Shown: piece by piece, positions 48,839 through 56,128 of the stretch
Numbering within the stretch: the first letter of the stretch is position 1
Layout of the letters: each line of letters begins with the position of its first letter
Assembly (NCBI GenBank): GCA_030587475.2
Contig: JAUQYZ020000262.1
Span: forward strand, 1 to 56,128
Reading direction: 5' to 3'
DNA from: Candidatus Sigynarchaeum calidifontis
GTDB lineage: Archaea > Asgardarchaeota > Lokiarchaeia > Sigyniarchaeales > Sigyniarchaeaceae
Length of the DNA: 56,128 nucleotides
Position numbers and translations under genes: made by a program
Notes under the pieces: model-generated
Told to the model about the DNA's origin: nothing
Seen by the model: the letters and a program-made list of their open reading frames with translations, nothing else
The model's database searches: none

Positions 48839-50056
48839 CTAAACCTGTTGTTTTAATGCATTCTTGAATGACTTGTTATAAAACGTGCACCCCACGTGCC
48901 TCTGCTGCCGGAGCAATAGAGCACAAGATCCACAGCCGGTACAGCGATGGATCTCGTCATCCATCCCCGCAAAAAGCTTCGCCGGGTATTCCGGGTCGGC
49001 GAGCACTTGCCTCCCCAGCCCGATCAGATCCACCGCGCCGTCTAGGATATTCTTCGTAGCGATGCGCGGCAGGTCCTTTCCCAGCATGGTGTACGCCGAG
49101 CCTATCACGGCCGGGTGCTTGCCGACCGAGGCGAGGTGATCCTTGATGGCCTTTGTGAGCCGAAAATGGTTGTAGATGCCCCAAGGCACATTTTTCGACG
49201 GGCGCGTTACCTCTGGCTGCGTTGCAGGGATGCCGGCCGTTATATTCACGAAGTTGGCACCCCAGTCGCAAAGATTTGTTACAAATGACTTCACCTCGCC
49301 CAAATCCTCGATGTATTCCTCCGGGCCAGCGGTGCCGACCCCGCCCGCGATATATTCCGCGACCGAAATCCTCGAACCGAGAAGAAAACGTTCCTTTCCT
49401 GCCAAGCGCGCCGCTTCCCTCGCGTGTATGACCAGCTCCTTGTGAAATCGTGTCCGGTTTTCGAACGACCCGCCATACTTGCCTTGCCGCGTGTTCTGGG
49501 GCCTTAAGAATTCTACACCGAGATAACCATGACACGCCTTGATGTCAATCCCGTCGACACCGGCATCGATGGTGATGTCGATGGCACGCTTGAACGACTC
49601 GAGAAGATCGTCGATCTCTACATCGGAAAGGAGCTTGATGGCCGGATCTGCCTCGTGGACTGCGGGTATGATCGTCGTCCTCGGCAGGCCTTCCCCTGCG
49701 ACGACGCCAGGAACGGTTAGCTGGACGACATACATCGTGTCTGGCGCGATCGCGCGCATTTTTCTGAGTAATGCTTCTAAAGAACCCCGTGTATTAGCTG
49801 AAGCGACTAGTTGGCCTTTCCGGCTCTTGTATGCCGGCATAACAGTCATTGCTTCGAGATGCAGAACCCCCCAATGTCCTTTAGCAAGGGAAATGTACTC
49901 GTCCACGAGGGTTGGCGTGAAATCGCCTGATTCTGTTCCCGCGGAACGTTCCATTGGCTGTGCGACAAGGCGGTTGGGGATCGTTATCTGGTCTAGCTTG
50001 AGCGGGCTAGCAAGAGTTGCAACCTTGTTCGAAGCCACGTTCATAGTGGAATTCAC
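48839..50056 (-). CDS. NADH:flavin oxidoreductase (OYE family) with C-terminal Fe-S motif
   Basis: NRLVAQPME, KACHGYL, YGGSFENR, GLGR...ADP, CTGCGSC...C. Confidence 0.85.
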   Translation of the reverse strand: MNSTMNVASNKVATLASPLKLDQITIPNRLVAQPMERSAGTESGDFTPTLVDEYISLAKGHWGVLHLEAMTVMPAYKSRKGQLVASANTRGSLEALLRKMRAIAPDTMYVVQLTVPGVVAGEGLPRTTIIPAVHEADPAIKLLSDVEIDDLLESFKRAIDITIDAGVDGIDIKACHGYLGVEFLRPQNTRQGKYGGSFENRTRFHKELVIHAREAARLAGKERFLLGSRISVAEYIAGGVGTAGPEEYIEDLGEVKSFVTNLCDWGANFVNITAGIPATQPEVTRPSKNVPWGIYNHFRLTKAIKDHLASVGKHPAVIGSAYTMLGKDLPRIATKNILDGAVDLIGLGRQVLADPEYPAKLFAGMDDEIHRCTGCGSCALLLRQQRHVGCTFYNKSFKNALKQQV

Positions 50057-50106
50057 ACCAATCTTCTATTGGGGAACGACCTTCAAAAAGCTGTGCTGGT
50101 CATGTT

Positions 50107-51273
50107 CTATTCCAGCTTGACGATCTTGTATTCACCATCATCGATCACTACCCGATATAGCCCGCGCATCTCTGCATCGAGCGCTGCATCTCTCGTGTCA
50201 TTTCGCATCTTACCGTCGGGTAACGTGGCAAGTTTCGAGCGCGTCATGATGATGATGATGTTGTCCAGGCCGATGGCGCGAATCACGTCCGGGGAAAATT
50301 GGAGATTGCCCCGGCCGAACAAGAATCCTTGCTTACCGATGACAGTGACGATAAGTTTAACTTTTTTACCTTCTGACTTCATTTGATTAATGAGCGCCAG
50401 GATTTTAGCCTCGTTCAAATCAGCACCCGCAATTTTTCCGTCTAGAACGGCATCAACACCGAGTAATGTCTTTTGCAAGCCGAGCTTGTCGAAAATGGTC
50501 TTTGTTGTTGATCCCGGCCCGACGAGATAGCACGTGCCCGGCTCCAATGACGAGGCAAGGTATTCACCGATGCGTTCCTTGTTCTCGTCGTCAGAAAGCC
50601 CTGTGGGAGCACCTTGCTTGGATCCTTGCATGTACGCGGGCTCTTCTGGCGTCCGGAGATACCCGTACAGTTTGGCTTCCACGTGTCCATTCCGAAATGC
50701 ATCTTCATCTATATCCATTACTTCACCATCGCCAAGGCCGATTTCTCCAGCGAAAAACTTGAGAACGACGAGTGCTGCATGAGCTGGGGTCACACCGAAT
50801 ACTCCGGAATGGATCTTGACCCCGGCGGGAATGCCGATGACGGGGCATGTTTTTCCGCTTCCTCGCGCCATGCCATCGAGTACATCCCTTGCCGTGCCGT
50901 CCCCGCCTGCGAAGGCGATGATATCAACCTTTTCCTTAACCGTAGCAACGAATCGAGCGGTGTCCTCGCCGGTCGTGCCACAACCGGCTTGTCCCGTGTA
51001 TCCTTCTAGTGCGTCAATAGCGAGAGGCGGGGTTATTTGTTCCAGAACTGAACTCCCCATGCATCCCGCGGGAGTGATAAACCTGGCGCGTGAACGGATC
51101 GGGAGCAAATTAACGATGAACTCGTGAGCACGAAGATGCGCACGAGGGATTGCCCCGAGTTCGAGAGCTTGGTCGAGGATGTTCTTGCCATCGGTTCCTT
51201 TCAAGCCGACGCTGCCACCCATGCCAGCGATGGGATTGATTACGAATCCAATCGTGAATTCCGTGCGGGCCAT
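50107..51273 (-). CDS. ATP-NAD kinase family protein
   Basis: NPIAGMGG.VGLKGTDG, GGDGTARD, GVKIHSGVF, TLLGVD, QGFLFGRGNLQ. Confidence 0.85.
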   Translation of the reverse strand: MARTEFTIGFVINPIAGMGGSVGLKGTDGKNILDQALELGAIPRAHLRAHEFIVNLLPIRSRARFITPAGCMGSSVLEQITPPLAIDALEGYTGQAGCGTTGEDTARFVATVKEKVDIIAFAGGDGTARDVLDGMARGSGKTCPVIGIPAGVKIHSGVFGVTPAHAALVVLKFFAGEIGLGDGEVMDIDEDAFRNGHVEAKLYGYLRTPEEPAYMQGSKQGAPTGLSDDENKERIGEYLASSLEPGTCYLVGPGSTTKTIFDKLGLQKTLLGVDAVLDGKIAGADLNEAKILALINQMKSEGKKVKLIVTVIGKQGFLFGRGNLQFSPDVIRAIGLDNIIIIMTRSKLATLPDGKMRNDTRDAALDAEMRGLYRVVIDDGEYKIVKLE

Positions 51274-51278
51274 CACCC

Positions 51279-53789
51279 TCACCATTTTGGAAGCCACGGG
51301 ATAGCGTGACGGGCGGTACCGATGGCAAAGGCAATTTTTTGCAGCACAGATTCTTGCTCGCGGGCTTTTAGCTCCATCGACTCGTGATCGAGCAGCAATC
51401 CATCCAGCTCCTTGATGGGAATCGTCGAAGTTTTACCGAATCGATCGATGATCGTGATGGATTCACGTGCCGTTATGGAAGTCACCTTGCAGAAAAAAGC
51501 GTTGTTGACGGGCTTTTTCAAGTAGATGTGTAGCCATGACGCCGAAGCCAGGCACCATTCAAGGAACCGTGCATAGCGCTCCGCGTATTTCTTGTCCTCG
51601 TGAAAGGTCATAAATAGTCGTTCACGAGTCACGCGAAAATCACCGATTTTTTCGATTCGATCATCGGGAATACCATCATGGTGTAGTGTAATGGTGTAGT
51701 CCGCCATTTTTTCTGCGGGCTTGACGCTGGCGCATGTCACGACGTCAATCGCCTCCTTGTCATCGAGAAATACGGGCTTGCTCACGATGCCCATCAAGAA
51801 CTCGCGGGTGATCTGGTTCTTCAATTCTGCAAATTTGACGTCGTGCTCTGTGCCCGCGTGGTCGATGACCGTGACGTGGAGTTTTTTCAGTTTTCCCGGC
51901 AATATCCGGGAGATCGTGCATTCCCCGATCTTTTTTAATCGATAATGGTGGTCGTTGTTGAAAATGACGAAATCATTCTCGTCAGGAACGAGTTCCATGG
52001 TTGTTTCCTTGTCCCCTCCTATCTGCCGTGCCACGTAGACATACGGGATCGTGATGGAATCGCGGTAGGCGATCCGCTCGATTTTCACGAGCGTGGTCAT
52101 GTCATCAGCCTTGTGCGTCACGAGTTCTGGGTTGGAAAGTAAAACAACCTTGTTTCCATGGATTTGAATACGTTCAAGAAACTTTGAAAGACTAACATCC
52201 ATTTTCTTGGAGAACATCGCCATGAACTTGTCTCTCGTGATATCATCGAGTTCTGAAAGGATGATTGCCACCCTTGCAGCGAAGGAACGCGAGTACTTGC
52301 GACGCAAAAACCGCCCGGGCAAGATAGCCATGCCCCTCGCCGAAAACTCGTCCTTTTCAGGTAAAAGCATGTTTGCAATGCGTAAAAACGTCGGGGGATG
52401 GCTATTGAGCAGCGTGGTAAGAGCGATGGATCGTGGTGGAGCGACCAGCTGCTTGTGCAAGACCCGTGCCGCGTCGATGTATTGAAGCATATCGTGATCC
52501 TCGTCCACTTTTTCGTCGGCAAGGAGCATCACGTTTAAACCGACTTGTTGCCCGAGCGCGTAAAAACTTTCTAAGGTATACAAGGCCTTGGCAAGCTGGA
52601 CGCCCAACCCGGCGCGCTTGACGATGAAATCCGCGTTCGCCTCCATAACACGCACGAAGATATAGAGAAACGCGAAGATCATTATATTGAGGATGATAAA
52701 ACCGAGGATACCAACGTCTCCCAGGCCAGGGATCACGAACTTGCGACCGAACGCAAAATCGTAATATGTCGCCGGGATGTTCAACAGCCACCGGATCGCG
52801 ATATCCGCAGTGGTGATAGCGAGCAACTTGGCAGGATGGTGCAATTTCACGTGCCCGAGTTCATGGGCGACGATCGCTTCGAGCTCATCCTCCGGGAGGT
52901 GTATACCTGCCGGGGCGATAACGCATATGCGCTTGTCGAAGAATGGCCCATAAGCCATTGCATTGATGATGGGATATTCCCCGTAGCCGACCTTGACTTT
53001 ACCTCGCAATCCGATCTTATCCTTGACCCTTTCCACGATAACTTGCAGGATATGCGCTTTTTCGGGGTCAATTTTCTTGATCGGTTTCACTCCGAGAAAT
53101 TTATCGATCAAAAAACCCGTTCCAAGGTACATGATGAAATTGGACAGCATCAAGACGGGATAGATCAGGCGCGTCTCGAAAATGTCGATCTTGGCGACGG
53201 AGCCAACCGTCGCGATGAACACCCAAGCGAGAAGGAATATCGCAAGGGTAATGTATTGCGGACTCATGAACCGCCACACGACGATATACCGGCGCCCGAA
53301 GAATACAAAGCCGAGGGCCAATATCAACCAAAAACTAACCGAGAATGCCTTGTCCAAGAGCCCGATTTCTGGCAAGCCGGCTAGTTTGATGATATAATCG
53401 AAAAGACTCGCAAAAAACAAGACATTATACGTGATGGTACTGATATAGATGACTTTATTGATGACCTGGTGCCCCTTGAGCTCGATCGCGCCGATGATTA
53501 AGTACATGGCAAATGCGCCAAGAAATCCCGTGAAGAGATTATCCGTGATCAAGAGCACGAGGAAAAACATGAAAAAGATGAATAACAAGTCGGCGGTCCC
53601 GCTGCGCTTGGATTTTTTCACCCACTGGTAGAATTCACTCTCCAAAAAAGAACCAAGGATGATCGTCACCCAGAACTGGATTTTTGGTACGAGATATCGA
53701 ATGATGGGATCGAGAAACACGAGCACGCACGCGATCGCGACGCCGGTGATGGCGATGTTGATGGTGGTGAAGAGAATCTTTCGGTTCAT
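51279..53789 (-). CDS. M48 (HtpX/Ste24-like) membrane zinc protease with extra N-terminal TMs and a long beta-rich C-terminus
   Basis: NAMA, AIVAHELGH, EANAD, LAKAL, SHPP...RI. Confidence 0.82.
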   Translation of the reverse strand: MNRKILFTTINIAITGVAIACVLVFLDPIIRYLVPKIQFWVTIILGSFLESEFYQWVKKSKRSGTADLLFIFFMFFLVLLITDNLFTGFLGAFAMYLIIGAIELKGHQVINKVIYISTITYNVLFFASLFDYIIKLAGLPEIGLLDKAFSVSFWLILALGFVFFGRRYIVVWRFMSPQYITLAIFLLAWVFIATVGSVAKIDIFETRLIYPVLMLSNFIMYLGTGFLIDKFLGVKPIKKIDPEKAHILQVIVERVKDKIGLRGKVKVGYGEYPIINAMAYGPFFDKRICVIAPAGIHLPEDELEAIVAHELGHVKLHHPAKLLAITTADIAIRWLLNIPATYYDFAFGRKFVIPGLGDVGILGFIILNIMIFAFLYIFVRVMEANADFIVKRAGLGVQLAKALYTLESFYALGQQVGLNVMLLADEKVDEDHDMLQYIDAARVLHKQLVAPPRSIALTTLLNSHPPTFLRIANMLLPEKDEFSARGMAILPGRFLRRKYSRSFAARVAIILSELDDITRDKFMAMFSKKMDVSLSKFLERIQIHGNKVVLLSNPELVTHKADDMTTLVKIERIAYRDSITIPYVYVARQIGGDKETTMELVPDENDFVIFNNDHHYRLKKIGECTISRILPGKLKKLHVTVIDHAGTEHDVKFAELKNQITREFLMGIVSKPVFLDDKEAIDVVTCASVKPAEKMADYTITLHHDGIPDDRIEKIGDFRVTRERLFMTFHEDKKYAERYARFLEWCLASASWLHIYLKKPVNNAFFCKVTSITARESITIIDRFGKTSTIPIKELDGLLLDHESMELKAREQESVLQKIAFAIGTARHAIPWLPKW

Positions 53790-53908
53790 AAACCAGAGCC
53801 TTCTGTGCAAGAATGACCTTTTTATGGCAAGGAACGATTTAACTCCAGACGAAAAACCGCATCTTAAAACGATGAAGCGATGGCTCAAATGCAACGCGAC
53901 CTTATCAA

Positions 53909-55021
53909 ATGCGATCATCCCAGGGAGAAAACGTCGTGAAAGTACCCATCGTGCAACTCGCGCTGGACGACCAAACAATCAAGGAAGCCGCGGACGTGTT
54001 GAAAAGTGGCATGTGGGCCGATGGCAAGAACGTGAAGGCCCTCGAGGAGGACTTTGCAAGATATATCGGCGTAAAACACGCGCGAGCCGTCAACAATGGC
54101 ACTGCTGCCTTGATCTGTGCGCTTTTCGGCGCAGGAATCAAGCCTGGTGACGAGGTGCTCGTCCCGAGCTTCACGTTCATCGCTACCGCGAACACCATCC
54201 TGGAATGCGGCGCAAAGCCCGTGTTCGTCGAGGTCGAGCGGGCCACCTTCAACATGGACCCGGCCGACGCGAAAAAAAAAATCACGAAGCGAACGAGGGC
54301 CATCATGCCCGTTCACCTCTATGGCTTGCCGGCGGACATGGACTCGTTCAAGGAAATCGCCACGAAACACGATCTCAAGATTATCGAGGACGCGTGCCAA
54401 GCACACGGGGCTATCTACAAGGGACAGAAAGTAGGTGCCATCGGTGACGTCGCCGCTTTTTCATTCTATCCAACCAAGAACATGGTCTGCGGGGGGGAAG
54501 GCGGCATCGTGACGACGAATGACGACGCGATCATCAACCGGGTCAAGTTATACGCGAACCACGGGCAGGCACAGAAATACGTGCACGCGTCGATTGGTTT
54601 CAACTTCCGCATGCAAGAAATCAACGGCGTGGTCGCCCGGGCATCGCTGCGGGCGCTTGATGCGAATAACAAGAAGCGGAGGGAGAATGCCGCGATGTAC
54701 AACGCCACCCTCGCGGACATCCCCCATATCGAGACGCCGACCATTCCTGCCGGCTACGAGCATGTCTATCACCAATACACGCTCAAGGTGAAGAACAGGG
54801 ACAAGCTCGCCGAGCACTTGCTGAAAAACGACATCGGTTACGGCATCCATTACGCCATCCCGATTCACGAGCAGCAGTCCATAAAAGATGCTGGCTTCGA
54901 TATAAAATTGCCCGTGACCGAGACACTGGCCAAGGAGGTTATCTCGCTCCCGATCCACCCGCTACTCTCGAAAGAGCAGCTGGAATTCGTTGCGAAGACG
55001 ATCAAGGCATTCTACACTTGA
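53909..55021 (+). CDS. DegT/DnrJ/EryC1/StrS nucleotide-sugar aminotransferase
   Basis: FTFIATAN, PVHLYG, EDACQAHG, SFYPTKN, GEGG, SLPIHP. Confidence 0.92.
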   Translation: MRSSQGENVVKVPIVQLALDDQTIKEAADVLKSGMWADGKNVKALEEDFARYIGVKHARAVNNGTAALICALFGAGIKPGDEVLVPSFTFIATANTILECGAKPVFVEVERATFNMDPADAKKKITKRTRAIMPVHLYGLPADMDSFKEIATKHDLKIIEDACQAHGAIYKGQKVGAIGDVAAFSFYPTKNMVCGGEGGIVTTNDDAIINRVKLYANHGQAQKYVHASIGFNFRMQEINGVVARASLRALDANNKKRRENAAMYNATLADIPHIETPTIPAGYEHVYHQYTLKVKNRDKLAEHLLKNDIGYGIHYAIPIHEQQSIKDAGFDIKLPVTETLAKEVISLPIHPLLSKEQLEFVAKTIKAFYT

Positions 55022-55100
55022 GCTTGATACCTCTGCATTCCCTCTGTTTCCGATGGAATCTTCGCGAAATCATTTAAATTCGAGATGCTTTTTTCCAATC

Positions 55101-55307
55101 ATGGCCAAGAAACAATCACGGCGAGCCCAGCGGCGTAGCAGCCGGGGGATGAGTCCAATGGGTGGCGCGGGGCTCATTCGTTTCTATCAAGACGAATCCT
55201 CGCGAGTTAAAGTCGGGCCGATTGCCACCGTACTTCTCGCAGCGGGTCTGCTTCTCGTCGTGATCTGGGCATGGCTGCACGAAAAAAAAGTCATTCCCTT
55301 CCCTTAA
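55101..55307 (+). CDS. Preprotein translocase subunit Sec61beta
   Basis: Basic N-terminus, AGLIRFY.D....KVGP, single C-terminal TM. Confidence 0.9.
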   Translation: MAKKQSRRAQRRSSRGMSPMGGAGLIRFYQDESSRVKVGPIATVLLAAGLLLVVIWAWLHEKKVIPFP

Positions 55308-55554
55308 ACAAGTATCCGTTTGCTCTTCTTTTTCTTCGTCTCGCCGTTCTTTTCAGGAACATGCTTGAAACCTCCAAGCAAGTTGATAATTGCTATGGTG
55401 CAAGATACCATACCCCACCCCAACCCAACCTTGAGGCGCGTTAAATCCATAGTTTCCAGTGAATCACGAATTTTATAAAACTAGTTCCCGTGCACAGCTG
55501 GCCTCGTAAGTGCTGATAAACGAAAAAGGAGGTTAAAGAAGAGATGAAGTCCGT

Positions 55555-56127
55555 TTACGGCACGTATTTTGCCTTGAAATTCGCGTCCGTGCTGGTTAGA
55601 TAGATGATGCCGTGGATGAAACCCACGATCGCGGGGATGCCTGTCCAACACGTGAGTGCGCTGAGCACGCCGAGTTCAGGCCTCCCGATGTAGAACCAGT
55701 GAGCCCCGACGCTGCCAAGTAGGATACCGAGCACGCCAGCAGTGATGCGGTGAATTTTCTTGCCCTTGCTGTTCAGGACATAATTCGGTGGGAGGTCGAC
55801 AGGCTGCGCGGCTGGCATGGTAACGACCGCGACTTTCGGCGGTGCCATCTGGGTGGATGCTTGGGCAAGCACTTCGACAGGCGGGGACACCTTGATCTTG
55901 GGGATTTCGGCCGGGAGAACCTTTTCGTGCACGAGTTCGCAACCGCAAACGGGGCAATACCGGGCGTCATCGCGGTCGATTGCCTCGCCGCAGCCGGGGC
56001 AGACCACTTGCGCGCTTGTATTGTTTTGAATGTTCGCCTGGCTCATGGTGACTTGTTGGACTATGCCGCAATAAGCGCAGTATTTACTCGTGGGTTTGAT
56101 GAGGGTGCCGCAGTTGATGCAGCCCTT
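55555..56127 (-). CDS. Zinc-ribbon + TM2 domain protein (5' end beyond the window)
   Basis: Frame stays open to the edge: CINCG...YCAYCG then CPGCG...YCPVCG; TM2 motif LGSVGAHWFYIG. Confidence 0.8.
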   Translation of the reverse strand, partial: KGCINCGTLIKPTSKYCAYCGIVQQVTMSQANIQNNTSAQVVCPGCGEAIDRDDARYCPVCGCELVHEKVLPAEIPKIKVSPPVEVLAQASTQMAPPKVAVVTMPAAQPVDLPPNYVLNSKGKKIHRITAGVLGILLGSVGAHWFYIGRPELGVLSALTCWTGIPAIVGFIHGIIYLTSTDANFKAKYVP

Positions 56128-56128
56128 G

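Noticed and set aside
1-56128. Apparent abundance of TCGA/GATC/ATCGAT as a methylation-linked motif
   Set aside because: Plausibly explained by ATC/GTC/CTC-GAN codon pairs; needs a codon-aware count that I cannot run

Overview
Archaeal chromosomal window, most likely from an Asgard (Loki/Sigyn-like) archaeon. Support: intron-containing tRNA-Gly(CCC), Sec61beta, an EF-2 paralogue without the diphthamide His, longin-like proteins and a DPM2/PIG-P-like membrane protein. Left flank (1-9 kb): BpsA, porGDAB-type oxidoreductase, RsmB-like MTase, UDP-GlcA decarboxylase and a RACo-type corrinoid activator. From 9 to 27.5 kb there is an accessory island, AT-richer by eye in its centre. It holds a coupled CARF+PIN gene pair, six DNA methyltransferases with no recognisable restriction nuclease, a TPR protein and a cobalamin-dependent radical SAM enzyme. 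One MTase appears to be a single-chain fusion of a dead pseudo-MTase (with zinc finger) and an active MTase. The right part has dcd, a coupled pair of 7TM+longin-like proteins, the tRNA, a promoter-bearing hairpin-rich candidate ncRNA, and housekeeping, sugar and redox genes. All calls come from reading motifs by eye; no database searches were run.
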